A stretch of DNA of 64,000 nt from assembly GCA_965235115.1 (NCBI GenBank), contig OZ249447.1, forward strand, positions 22,196,001-22,260,000, read 5' to 3'. Both the position numbers and the translations under genes were made by a program. The notes below the pieces were generated by a model. The model saw only the letters and a list, made by a program, of their open reading frames with translations. It had not been told where the DNA came from and did not search any database. Of this stretch, positions 33,843 through 47,400 are shown one piece after another. Position 1 is the stretch's first letter, and each line of letters begins with the position of its first letter. Source of the DNA: Laetmonice hystrix (taxonomy: Eukaryota).

Positions 33843-36023
33843 GAGTATAAGTTCTTTAAACTGTTTACAAAGGAATGATACCGTTCAAGTTAGGAGGAGT
33901 CCTCAAGTCTGAAGTACTTTATCAGATGTCTTATATAATTGGCCGCATTGGTTGGAATCGAGGACTCCTCACTAACCTTTGTCTTGTGCCGGGTGGTCGG
34001 CAGGTATCCCCTGTAGGTGTGTCTGGTGGGCGGGGGACACCTGGCTGGGATTATCGACGCCTCACTCCACTCAGTCACACACAGATACAGCCCGATGAAC
34101 ACGGATAATCTCAATCCTCAATGGATTAATGCGTGCGTGGTCTGTCAGAAGAGATGGTGGAGCTGCCTGACGAACTGACATCTCAGCTGTACCCTTCACT
34201 TCACCTGTTTGATGTTCCAAACGCCAACGAGGTTACGAAAAATTGACAGTGGACTATTGGTACACAAAAGTATACAGATTGAAATTTCATATGTGCTGGA
34301 AATCGTTGGCAATTCAACGTATCGAACCGTTTAAGGTCTCATATCTTTGTATTCTTGTTCACCTCATTTATAGATTAACATAATGGCCTTCTTAATGTCC
34401 GCAATTTCTGAGTGACTGAGTTAACTGCCATTATTGAATATAGTTCAACAATTTAATACTCCTGCTGCAGGTTCTATGACCCTGTCTCGGAATCACTCCA
34501 CCAATTGCCCTGTGTAATTTACTACTGATTGAAAGTATTGTTTACGTAACAAAGTGTAAACTCAATGAGCTAATATATTGCCCCATGATTTCGGAGTGGT
34601 TATTTGAAGACGTGTTGTGTGTGTGTTTGGTGGGATGTGATTCATGTCGTATCCAGCAGGATCGCGACTGGTGGCTTGGATTTACTGAATTGTTCTGGAG
34701 GACGTGTATGGGTGGGGGCCACACCATTGTATGTAGCAGACTTGATCAAACACCGGCACTGCCCTGTAAAGTGGCGCATAGATCAAGTTTGGTATCTGGG
34801 AGGTGGTCACCGTTAGAATAGCAAACACTGGTGTGTCAAAGGTGTACTTTGAACCCCGGTCTGATATATGCGATACGTCGTGATCAGCAGTCGAGACACG
34901 TCCTGCATGGAAACCAACCACACTGTGGACCAGCGGGGACCGAATGACCGCACAAAGTGACATAAAATTCATGTTCTGGGGGCAAGGGAACATGGTGAAG
35001 ATTCGTGGCGTTTTGTCAGCTGTCCAGAACCAAATCCTCTGTTCAAAACGCTTGGTGCGAGGAGAAAGAAGCAGTTGGCTTCTTCCTTAAAGTTCTGTGA
35101 CGGATGGTGTCTGGGACCTGATCCTGTTTAACTATTGATTGTGCTTACAGCCCTGCCATCCATTACTGGCGTCGTCTCATGCAGAAAGCGATATGCGTTA
35201 GGATTGTTGTCAAGCAGTACGGTCACAATGTGCCTGTAATGTGAAGATAATAGTTTATTGACATGAAGAGGGAGGCTAACTGAGAGCCAGTGGCGTACAT
35301 GAACACGGCTTTGTAAATACAACCAATCTTCTAGTATTCTTGGGCACTTCAGAGATCATGATAGACTAGTGTCTCTAGGTGGTTGACTTCACTGGTTAAT
35401 ACTGGTCTCAGAGAACGGACGAGACGTTAACGTGATGACCAGAGGTCAGCCTGAAGGTGATCTCAAGGTCAACCAGACGTTAGAAAGGCTGCTGATACCA
35501 GGAGTATGCTGATAGTCAGATTGTGACGGAGGGCCGAGGTAAAGGTTGGGAGTTCAGATGACCTCCTTGGACCGGCGTCCCTCTAATAGCAATGTCTCAG
35601 TCCTTCAGTAAGTAAGAATAGAAAAGGTTTCAACATCAGTTTTTAAAATAATCATCTCACAGTGTACTGTCACCGGCCTGGATCTGGTGTACAACTGGTA
35701 GAAATGAGTTGAATTGAGTACAACAGGAGAGAGCACATAAAAACAACGAGCGATAGAATACTCGTCAGCGTGAAATCCTAACACGGGAGGGGCCTGGAGT
35801 GATGCACTGTCTTGAAATCACTGCTGTGTTTTTATAAGAACAGGTGGTCTGGTTTCGCTGTGTGTCTCTGCCGTATTGGAAACTGAGAAATAACGGAGAG
35901 ATTGATGAAAGGGACGATGGAGACGGAAGATAATTTTATTGTAACAAGTCATGATAGTCATCAGTCATGGTGCTTATTGTGATAGAGGGAAGGGTGCAGG
36001 GAGGTATTTTTCGTATTTGGTGG

Positions 36024-36506
36024 TTTTAGTTTTCCTTTTTGGTGGTTGAGTTTTCCTGTTTGGTGGTTGAGTCTTCCTGTTTGGTGGTTGAGTTTGCCTG
36101 TTTGGTGGGTGAGTTTGCCTGTTTGGTGGGTGAGTTTGCCTGTTTGGTGGGTGAGTTTGCCTGTTTGGTGGGTGAGTTTGCCTGTTTGGTGGGTGAGTTT
36201 GCCTGTTTGGTGGGTGAGTTTGCCTGTTTGGTGGGTGAGTTTTCCTGTTTGGTGGTTGAGTTTTCCTGTTTGGTGGTTGAGTTTTCCTGTTTGGTGGGTG
36301 AGTTTTCCTGTTTGGTGGGTGAGTTTTCCTGTTTGGTGGTTGAGTTTGCCTGTTTGGTGGTTGAGTCTTCCTGTTTGGTGGTTGAGTTTTCCTGTTTGGT
36401 GGGTGAGTTTGCCTGTTTTGTGGGTGAGTTTGCCTGTTTGGTGGGTGAGTTTGCCTGTTTGGTGGGTGAGTTTTCCGGTTTGGTGGGAGAGTTTGCCTGT
36501 TTGGTG
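36024..36506. repeat. 21-bp minisatellite, about 23 copies
   Basis: Unit GTTTGGTGGGTGAGTTTGCCT; stop-free in several frames (HQTGKLT repeats on minus). Confidence 0.95.
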
Positions 36507-37783
36507 GGGGATGTCGTGAAGCAGTCGCCGTCGAGTAGGGGATCCTATGTCGGCATGACTGAGACTCGTGTCGGGGGGCGGGGCCGGCACAGCGCCTAGT
36601 TTATGGCCTTTTATCATACAAACGCCTTGTCGCAACGCAAATGTTCCACCCAACCAATACGGGCGGGGGAGGGGAGGGGGGATGCGTTCCACATCGTGCG
36701 CCTGACTCCCGGCATCGCGCCTCTTCCTACCTGAAGCAATCCCTCATCAGGGAACTCACCGACAGGTATCCATTCATGGAAGCAGTGGCCCCCGTTAGGA
36801 GTGCAGTCGGTCAGTCAGCCATCACAGGGACTTTCTGATGATGCATGCCTGTACTTGTGATGCACTCGCAGATCGTGACGGAGGGCAGCAGAAGCAGTTG
36901 ATTTGTTATCTCGCTCCAGGGCGTGCGTGAATGGGGCAGAGTTAGCAGTTTTAGTTAGCATTGATCAGTTGTGGCCGGCTGTACGAAGCTGTTTGTGGCA
37001 GTAGTAGCAGTCGTACCGTAGCAGCAGAAGAAGCGGCAGCAGTTTGAATGACGAGGATGGGGCCCCAGAGACGGTGATGGGGAGATGAGATGGTGGGACA
37101 GGGTGCTGGCAGTGGCACCCAGAGACCGACCACACCACCACCACCACCACCGTCCAGCCACAGCCGTCACCAGGAACCAGACCGGCGGCCGGCCAGCCGA
37201 CCCGTCCGGTCAGACCGTCCGTCAACCTCCGTCCGTCCGTCTGATCCCACCCGTCACCGGATCAGCACCTACCTGTCTTAACTTAATCATGCAATGGAAC
37301 TGATCTGCTGTGGATTAATCCGAGGTGTGGATTACCTCTGGGAGAGAAACATACAGGTAGGCTCCAACTATCGGTCCTAGCACAGAGAATTATCTATCTA
37401 CTTAAACCTCCCACTTTCATCATTTATTGCTCCACGTTCTCAATGCTAAAACAAGAATGTGCAATTTGTCAAGTAGAATGACGGTAGCAGGTTTGGCAGT
37501 GTTTACTGAGGCTGACCCAGAAGTAGGCCCCAGATAATGGTATCTCGGTAATTATCTTTCATGTCATTATGATGTTGTTCCTGGCCACTCCCATGATTGA
37601 TACCCGACATTAAGATAACTGACCTGCCTTTGACCACCCTGGTTTATGGTCGACACTCTACTCTTTGCTTCCGAGATATTCCAAGGTGAAGTGGGTTAAA
37701 ATTGAAGGTAGCCGTGGTATTCGGGACAAGGTAAGCACTGTGGGGCAAGATGGAGGGTTGACTCTGGGACCACCTCTGTGAGC

Positions 37784-38016
37784 GGTGGCAGGTCGGGGAA
37801 GGAGGACTTCGGGTAATGGAGTGAGACTGGTGCAGGTCGGGGAGGGAGGACCTCGGGTAATGGAGTGACACTGGTGGCAGGTCGGAGAGAGAGGACCTGG
37901 GGTAATGGAGTGAGACTGGTGGCAGGTCGGGGAGGGAGGACCTCGGGTAATGGAGTGAGACTGGTGGCAGGTCGGGGAGGGAAGACCTCGGGTAATGGAG
38001 TGAGATGGCAGGTCGG
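37784..38016. repeat. 45-bp tandem repeat, about 5 copies
   Basis: Unit GGTGGCAGGTCGGGGAGGGAGGACCTCGGGTAATGGAGTGAGACT. Confidence 0.9.
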
Positions 38017-39419
38017 TATGACAGGTTCTTATTGAAAGGATCGTTCAGGGCTGATAGAGTGAAAGGGTTCACCGCTAGGTGTCCGATAAGACATGTCAGA
38101 TCTTAGAGAGGTGTCTTATGATAAGGTGTTTGGATTAATTTGTGATGGGTGGAGTTAGAGTGATCAGGGCAACTTGGAAATACCATCCACATCCAGAGGT
38201 GTGTCATCAAATAGGTGTTGAAATGTATGATCACGACACACTGCTTAAGACGGCCAAATACATTATCAAGTATTCATGATCAACTATTCAATATTGAAAG
38301 TAGGAAGTGGTTGATTAATCTTGCCGAATTTGTTAAACGAATTATGTTTACGTTTAACCTATAGAGATCAGCGTCATGTATTTTCATATTACACCTACAG
38401 TCCTATTGTCACTGACACGCCCAACTATTCTGAATGTATTGTTTCTCCCAAACCCGCGAAAGGGATTTGCTCTGGGAAATAAACCAGACCAAGGAAAACC
38501 AAGGCTTAATTTGGTTAAATAAATTAATAACGAAATAGTTTTCTATGGCCTATGGGGTATCTGGGGGTTTACCCAAGAAAAATGTTACAGAGGGTAAGTT
38601 TATCTTCTATCCATTACGAGCGTAAAGAAAGAGGACGTGGTAAGGGGACTTAGGAATGTCAGAAGAGAGATGTTACGGCCTGGGTACGGCAGGAGAGGGC
38701 GAGAACCGTAAGACATGGAAGTAGAGGGTTAGGTCAAAGGTTGGAAGGGCACCAACCTACCCTGCCAGGCTGCCAACCCCCCTTTTACACCCTAGCCTGT
38801 CTGGCCTAATGAGATCTACACCGCCTGCCATTAGAAAGGTAAGCAAACCTGCCCAGGCTCACTTTGAAGTACGGCCAGACTCTGCAGCACGGCTGCGGCC
38901 AGCACCACTTGAGGGTCAGCTAGTTAAAATAACTGTGGTTGGGTTTATTGGATCTTGACATATTGAGGATGGCCAACGGATAGGTCACGTCGAGTTCATT
39001 GTGGTTTGATTCTTCGTGTATCTAGGACTTGGAGTTTGTAGTACGTGGGGAGCATATTAATAATATGATAATATTGATAGATACGTATTATGGCAAGGAT
39101 GAAATCTATGAGTCTAATCAACACTTTTGATGGTGTTACTTAGTTTTAATTAGTAGTTGAGATATGTTTGGGTATTAATGACTTTCCAAGCGAAAGGTTC
39201 AATAAAAAACCGTTCTTGCTGTAGCTGATTAACCCAGCGGCCCGTGACGTGACAGACTAGGACCGAGCTGAGATAGTCTTAAATAACACTGATGAGTGAA
39301 TTGTGAGAATGTATGACTGGATTAATGGCTTGATGTAAGAGTGTCCTCCTGTGGATTACATCAGGTTAACGGGCTGATCCAATCAGAGCACAATGAGGTT
39401 GATTTTCTGGTCGGTCGGG

Positions 39420-40383
39420 AGGCTGGCCTGGCTGGGGCCGGGACAGATTCTGGGCCCGTGTAGGTGAGGCTTGCCTGGCTGGGGCCGGGACAGATTCTGG
39501 GCCCGTGTAGGGGGGGGGGGGGGGGGGGCTGGCCTGGCTGGGGCCGGGAGAGATTCTGGGCCCGTGTAGGGGACGGAGGCTGGCCTGGCTGGGGCCGGGA
39601 GAGATTCTGGGCCCGTGTAGGGGACGGAGGCTGGCCTGGCTGGGGCCGGGAGAGATTCTGGGCCCGTGTAGGGGACGGAGGCTGGCCTGGCTGGGGCCGG
39701 GAGAGATTCTGGGCCCGTGTAGGGGACGGAGGCTGGCCTGGCTGGGGCCGGGACAGATTCTGGGCCCGTGTAGGGGGGGGGCGGAGGCTGGCCTGGGGCT
39801 GGCCTGGCTGGGGCCGGGAGATATTCTAGGCCCGTGTAGGTGAGGCTGGCCTGGCTGGGGCCGGGACAGATTCTGGGCCCGTGTAGGTGAGGCTGGCCTG
39901 GCTGGGGCCGGGACAGATTCTGGGCCCGTGTAGGTGAGGCTGGCCTGGCTGGGGCCGGGACAGATTCTGGGCCCGTGTAGGTGAGGCTGGCCTGGCTGGG
40001 GCCGGGACAGATTCTGGGCCCGTGTAGGTGAGGCTGGCCTGGCTGGGGCCGGGACAGATTCTGGGCCCGTGTAGGTGAGGCTGGCCTGGCTGGGGCCGGG
40101 ACAGATTCTGGGCCCGTGTAGGTGAGGCTGGCCTGGCTGGGGCCGGGACAGATTCTGGGCCCGTGTAGGTGAGGCTGGCCTGGCTGGGGCCGGGACAGAT
40201 TCTGGGCCCGTGTAGGTGAGGCTGGCCTGGCTGGGGCCGGGACAGATTCTGGGCCCGTGTAGCTGAGGCTGGCCTGGCTGGGGCCGGGACAGATTCTGGG
40301 CCCGTGTAGCTGAGGCTGGCCTGGCTGGGGCCGGGACAGATTCTGGGCCCGTGTAGGGGGGGGGTGAAGATTCTGGGCCCGTG
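39420..40383. repeat. 47-bp GC-rich minisatellite, about 20 copies, two subtypes
   Basis: Unit GGGGCCGGGACAGATTCTGGGCCCGTGTAGGTGAGGCTGGCCTGGCT; left block carries a GGGACGGA variant and poly-G inserts. Confidence 0.95.
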
Positions 40384-43300
40384 GGGGGAGTGAGGCAGCC
40401 TATGCCCCACCATTGTCCTCTATTTGATTCCGTATCATCAGAAGGATGTCTATTAATCAACCTTTCTCTCATCGAACCGGCTGGACAACAGCCAGGCTGA
40501 GATTACCTCCCCCCTGACCGCCCGTCGCCTTCCTTGACTATAGGCTTTATATACTTCTTGAACCATGTACATGATTAGCTTGGAGACAGGGCGCCCGCCG
40601 CAGACATATCATCCACAGCCAAAACTCATCATAGACTGTACTTTAGTGTGTCTAGACGTCATCGTTAGGACAGTTTGAGTGGTTGGAACGTAAAAAATAA
40701 TACTGATGTTGTTGTGATATAATGAGGTACAATCCGGCAGAGCGATGTGAAAGGGGTCCAGACATTATAAATATGACAGGAAGCCAGACGGACCGTGAGC
40801 CATCATTATAGTTGCTACCAGTGAAAAACCGACCAGATAGAGACGAAAAGAAATTAAAAGAACGGAAGAGTGTATCTAAAGTGAATTAGTGTTTGTAGTG
40901 AACACATTTGACGAGCGGAGCTGCATGGTAATGAGCTGTTTCTTTATGTCCGAGTGTGGCAGTATTTGTAGTGAACACATCTAACCACGGTGATGCATGG
41001 ACGATCAGGTGTTTCTTTGTATTACGAGCCTTTTGTCGGTCCCTGGCGTGGCTGAATGGTTGCAGGATTCTGGCTTGAGACCATGAGATAAGACAATGCC
41101 CCTGCTGCTCAGTAAAGTAGATACTAGCCGACATGCCATCACTTGGGAGAGTTGATAGTAGTCGGACAGCGTCATCACTGGACCCTCAACATTTACCACT
41201 GTGGGGACCTTGTGTGGGACGGGTCCCGCAGAGGGTTGTCGGTGGCATCCGGGCGTGAAGATAAACACGTCGTCAACGTATGCCAGTCACTGCACACTAT
41301 TTTCACTGTCTACAGGGGAGAAGAATAAAGTCTTGCCCGCATCCCTGAAGGACGGAAATACGTGGGTAGAGGCTGACAACCACCTGAGCTGGCAATATTG
41401 ATCGCCACATGTGACAAGGCGTTCAGTGCTGAGTTTTTGTCAGGCCGGAACAATTGGGATCTGCCTAACATACTAGTGCCCAGACTTACTATCTGGAAGG
41501 AGCATGTGTCCCGGGGTGCTGTTAATCTCACAACATTCCGAATATCCAATGTATTAGCGTGGTGGAGGGGAGAAATGGAGAAAAATAATTATAAAAGCAA
41601 TGTTATAAAAGCGGTGGCTGCAATCGAGCAAAAAGATGATGCGATGTAGAGATCTCTTAGAACGAGCTTTTTTCTCGACTTAAGCAAAGTATACACAGTT
41701 GTTTTTAGCATACAGCTCTATGATCAAAACAAGCGTTATGACAGGTCCCTTGTGCCACAGACCTAACGTGTTACCATTATTGTCTCAGGGGCCCAAATAA
41801 AGCAGACTCGGTTATCATTCCTATACTCTTGCTGTATCTCTCCTTATATTAGCATTTAACGTGGAATAGCAAATGTTGCAAATTGAAATAAAAGTTGTGA
41901 TTCTTACCAGAATTTTATGCGCCTATATGTTGAATGCTTGCATGGCATCGACATTAAATAGAAAGAAATATCAGTGAATCCATGTTGACTGAAGTCCTTT
42001 GTGGTGAAGATTGTTTTACATTATTCTAATAAGGCTCAATCTATGATTACCCTTTCTGTTTTCAACATTAGTCAATAGACATTCAGTTCATATTCCGTCG
42101 ATGGATTGGTCCCCTCATTACCACGTGTCTCCCTAGTAAACATTCATTCTGACAGACTAATGATAGTAAGGTGTTTCCTGACCTTTTACAAATTTGGTTA
42201 GCCTTGGCCGAGATCCATGCTAACACAAACATTGGCATATTTAATATACAGGCCCTAGTTGCTGTTCTCCCCCAGGGTCAATTGTAATGATTCAGACCCC
42301 AGAGTAATTGTCAGGAAGCCTCATCAATAACCTGAAACCAGCAGAAGAAAGCCGTTGAAAAATTTGTCAAAATTTTAATGAGCCCAAAATTGAAATTGGC
42401 TCTAGGAGGCCACATCAAAAACAAGCATCCAGTGATAAGTGCTACAAATCTTTATGCTTTCATGCCTTGTAATTAGGAGTGAAAAATTGCCGATGTAACG
42501 GCTTCATGATTTTTAATTAGTGAGGGAGTGATCGTAGATATGATCGATGGGGGTTTCAGCAAGCCTTCGCGAAAACTGAGACACTTCAGCTATTGAGGAG
42601 GCACGCTTCCTTTCTCTTTTATTGTATCCCCATGTTTTCCCGGATAGACATTGCAGATCTTTCTTTTACATTTTTTTCAAGTTGTTGCTAAATTTTGTAA
42701 CTGATCCCTCTACTTCAGTGGCATATAGCCATCAGATCATTAGTCTTTCCCGCGTTGTTAGCGATTAAATTCATCACGATAGTCTTTCTAATTGCGTTGT
42801 GTCTGCGATCTCTGAGAGGCAAGGTGAGAAAGCCAGTTCCTAATGATACGTTTTAGGAGAATATCACGGTTGAATTATGAGAAGGATCGTTTTCATCCGA
42901 GGAGCTGATACTGCGTGTTTCCATGGAGATTGGCTCTAGGATTCAGTTTTGTGTTTTCATACTTGATCTGATCCTGTCCTGATTTCGATGTCCCAGAGAA
43001 TTAACCAGATGAGTTTACGGTATGTTTGTAATAAGTCTATTGAAGGGAAATGATCCAGATGATGTGTGATATACCCAGAATACATGTACTTATGAAACCT
43101 TTTCTTTGTTCTTTTTGTAGGTGAGTAACCGCATAGATGACTTGAGCATGACGTCGGTGGTGAGTCCATTGTCACTGTGTCACTAAGATATCTACACAAA
43201 AATAAAGGTGTCGTACTCGTGTTTTAGCTGGTAATCGCGACGGATAATCGCGTTGTAATTTGAGGAATTGCTTACATATTGACAGGCTGAGGTTTCGTTT

Positions 43301-45161
43301 TCAACTTTTAGTGCTGGCATTCATATACTTGGGATATTGTTACACAAATAAGATTATGTTAAATGTAGTTGAACCCCGAGTTATCGTCAGAAACATTCTA
43401 GTTTAAGATTTGAAGAAGCGTGATGTCAGAAACGGAGACAGCAGGGTGACGCCTCCCGCCTTCCTTTAGATTTACCTTGGGGATTGCCTTAATAAAGAGG
43501 TCCTGGAAATAATGAAAAAAACGGCGCAGTCTGTTTCTTACAGTTTTCCAGGAAATATAAAGATCTATGCTTCTTGTCTAGAACTTGTACTATTGGCGCT
43601 TGTTTTCCACCCCACCCCCGGCCGTCTAGACACACAATGAGGACGGTATGTGTGACCCAGTCACCGTGGCCGGATGTCCTCAACGCCTGCCATTGCAGGA
43701 ACCGAAGCCTCACCTCCTTCAGTCAGCCGGCGGTCCCCGAGGGGTGGGCCTGGGGAGGCGACTTTTGAGGCTGTTTAATTACCTCACACAGTCCAGCGGG
43801 CACGAGTAGGCCAATCGTAGACCCGGCGCCTCTCCCGGGGGACACCTGACTCATCCATGAACCCTCGTTAGGAGCCACACCCTCCCGTCCCGTCTCTGGC
43901 AGCGGGTGGGAGGACGGGCCAAGTGGGCCGAGTCTAAGTGAACATGATCGTCTTTATTGTGTCACCTACACGACTCGATCCCACCACCATCACCACCGAG
44001 CTGTCAGCTCTAGCCGTCAGTCAGCTTTAACGAGCCTGCTGCCCGCGCCAGGATAACGGCTACCTACCAGAGTGGCAGTTCTACTTCTTGTTGTAGGGTT
44101 CAGAACTAGGGGGGTTAACCAAAAAATAGGCAAAGAAAACTAAAAGGGCGAGAGAGAAGTTTGCTCGGTAATCAGAATGCAAGCACTAGACTGACCGCAT
44201 ACAAGAAGTTTTCGTTGTGATTACTAGAAACACATAATAATGTTCCTGTTTTGTTGGATCTTTCTGTGATTATATTGGGAATTAGCCGAGGAACACAGAA
44301 ATTTTATTATATTGACGAGTAGTTGTTAAAAGGTCAGATAAGATGTGGCGAGGTGTGTCTTTTTACCTGTTGGACAGCTCCGTCATGTCCTGACATTGGA
44401 TAAAAGGGACGTGTTGATTTTATAGAACGTATCGCCTGCGGTGACTTTGATCCCTCGTCCTCAGGAACTGGTGGCTAGGCAACTGGTCCTCGTAGATAAT
44501 CTTAATGGTTGTTTGAGAACCGATTATAGAATCACAGAGTTAATCTGTACTACGGGCCAACTTGTATCTCTCAGGTAGTGAAAGCGAGAAGCACATCTTG
44601 TAATGATGTTAATGTTAGCAGTGGCTAGTTGACACACATGTTAGATCCAAGTTAATGGACACAAAAGTAGGCACCAGGGACATGAGCTGTTGATAGTTAA
44701 TCTGCTTTAGAGGTATGAATCATGCTGTAATCTTCCGCCTGTGGATTAACGGTTCTTCTGCCAAACCTTTGCCGTGATTCGGTAATCCACCTGCCAGTCA
44801 GTGCCACACTTACTGAGGCAAGGAGATAAGAAATTAAAGATTATGGGGATTAATTGGCCGGAGATTTCTTGAACGGTTGTCAATGATTGTGTGATTTCTC
44901 GCGGTGTATATTACGGATCCCTGAGCGCGTTCCGTGGGGAGAAGTGAGCTGACCTGTCAGACTGCTGTCAGTCTTACAAAGACGGCCTGGATCAGGAGGA
45001 TGACGGCTGTTACAGGAGTGGAGAATGAAGAACGCTCCCAAGAAACTCGTTGAGAAGGCCGTTATAATTAACCAACTTCCATGATATTAATCAGTACCGT
45101 TTGAACGGCCGCCAAACATGCAGGACTTCACCGGACTGTCGGGGGGGGGGGGGTATATGCA

Positions 45162-45463
45162 CAGGGTTTCCACCGTCATGAAAAGTGGTGAAAAGTCATG
45201 GAATTTGGTTTTCCATGGAAAAGTCATGGGAAAAAGAAAAACGAGGGAGAGTCATGGAATTTGAGATTTCTTTTGAACCACATTTAAGTTTCTGCACGTT
45301 GGGTCTAAATTGCAAAGTTTCACAACGTACTATTATAGGGGGCAATTCTGGGATTTTAGTCTATTTTGTTAATTTTTTCCGGGATTGGTCATGAAATATG
45401 GGAGTTTTGGTCTAGCATGGAGAAGTCATGAAATTTCATTACAGCCAACCTGTGGGAACCCTG
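45162..45463. mobile_element. 302-bp MITE with CAGGG termini and apparent 6-bp TSD
   Basis: TIR CAGGGTTTCCAC / GTGGGAACCCTG; TATGCA on both sides; repeated internal GTCATG(G)AA motifs. Confidence 0.8.
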
Positions 45464-46599
45464 TATGCAGTTACTGCGGCTGGCGGACGGACAACATGAT
45501 GTTGTGATTCCAGGCTGGATGGTAAACAGACGACAGTCCATTAAGACAAACATGTATCTTTATTTAAACTGCTCCTATTCCATGTCAAGCGACTATGAAC
45601 CGTTGGTGGTGGGTAATCGACCATGACCGTCACGTTAACGCGACCAACGTGTAGCACATTTCGCCGCAATCTCAGCCATCAATATGTTCAATCCACCGTT
45701 CATTGATACGGAGTTCTTGACTGCCAGAGAAAACTATATTAGTACAACCACACACCAACATGTTAACTTCTCGGATTATTCCCAAATCATTCAAGGTAAC
45801 CTTCCTGTCATGTCTTTAAAAGTTACCATGTCGTTTTACATGGTCACAGCAGCAGGAGAGAACGAGAGACGGGGAGCGGGAGTCAGCCCGGCCCATCGGG
45901 GACATTGATTAGATCCCAGTGTCCATTCCGTCGGATCCCATCTCGGGCGGCACACATCCCAGCGGTGGGGTAGAGCGTTGTTTGATCCCACACCCCAGGG
46001 ATCAGAAGCCAACTATTTCTTGCTCATTTAGCCACACCTAAATTGGTGGCCTGATTCTGACAGTGATGTGTGTCCGGCCCATCCGAGGGTGGAGTGGCCA
46101 GATTGTCGGTTTCGGTGCCACAGGCGTTGGCCTATTGGTCATAAAACGGGGGGCTTATTGGTGATGGGCTGCGCAGCTCGCTGACAGAGCCGCTGGCTTA
46201 TTGGGAATGTTCAAGGACTGCATTAAGAATGTGGTTGGTGGGCTGACAGACAGCCGTGTCCACATGACAATGCAATGTGGAAGGGCGCCGAGGAAAATTT
46301 GGGAATTGTTTGACTATGGTCTGTGCTGTCACAGAGCCTGATGGTCGACTGTTTGTTTCTGGACTTGGTGTTCGAGTCATACTGAGGCACCAAATTGGCC
46401 GTCCTGATTTACAATGTTTCAGCGTGAGGAGTGTAGGGTAGGGAGAGACACCCACGAAATACGAAATATTTGCCTGACCAGTCGATATTTGGTTGGGGCA
46501 GAGGACTAGATGAAACTTTACTAATAGTATATAACCCCAAGATTTCACAACTTTAACAACCATTACATAAATGTGCAGGAATAGTGAGGATCCACCATT

Positions 46600-47400
46600 T
46601 GTTTCTGAAGAATGGAATACCCGTACAGGTCCGTGAAACGGTCGGTCTTTAATGTCGTGCTGCGCCGAGTAGATACTTGGTAGAGATGCAAGAAGAACTT
46701 TCCTGATTCTTTTACTATTTTCACAGAACCATTAAGGACCAAGAGAGAGGGTATTTCAATTGATGTTTTCTGTAGCAGCCTAAGCACGTTTTGCTCCTTC
46801 TATGATAGGATCAACAATATGAGCAGTAAGGGTGAGATTTGGACTCTTCAATATCACTTATGTACATAGTATACAGTGTACATGTTTTATGAAACAACTG
46901 ACTTAGAGCAAAACTCGTTTGTTGGAACGAGGTCGAAAGATCATTTATATCCTTAAGTTACATGCCCAAACAGATGACCCTGAGAAAAAAGGTCAGAATA
47001 GTTGATGGAATCTCCAGGAATGGACCAGAATAGCAGAACAAGTAGATTCGCCATGGCTGACTTTTATTGAGAAAGTCACTATCAACCGGTCAAACATACG
47101 CGGGATGTGGCCCATAATGCTGTGCGCTGACGTACTGGCCCGGGCCTGCCAGTCGACAATGCACGAGTCCGAAGTGAGTGAATTCCTTGGTATACAGCAG
47201 TGGTCCATTTGTTTATCTGGCCCACAGTCGGGATGAACTCGGGCCAGGCAGCTTTGTACGGAGCCCACTGTGGTTGGGAGGGAGCCATTCCGCGCTTCTG
47301 TTGACCGAAGAGTAAATTGTATGGGGAATCGCCAATGGCAGGCCGGGCTCGTGTCTACACCATGTTCTTACACAGGTTACATTCACTGTCATGGTTACGG
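46600..47400 (-). mobile_element. Decayed Ty3/Gypsy integrase C-terminal remnant
   Basis: Minus-strand AIGDSPYNLLFGQ (about 47301-47340) resembles the integrase TG.SPY.LLFGR motif; RPFHGPVRV (46618-46644) resembles the GPY/F motif; many stops and frameshifts. Confidence 0.4.
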
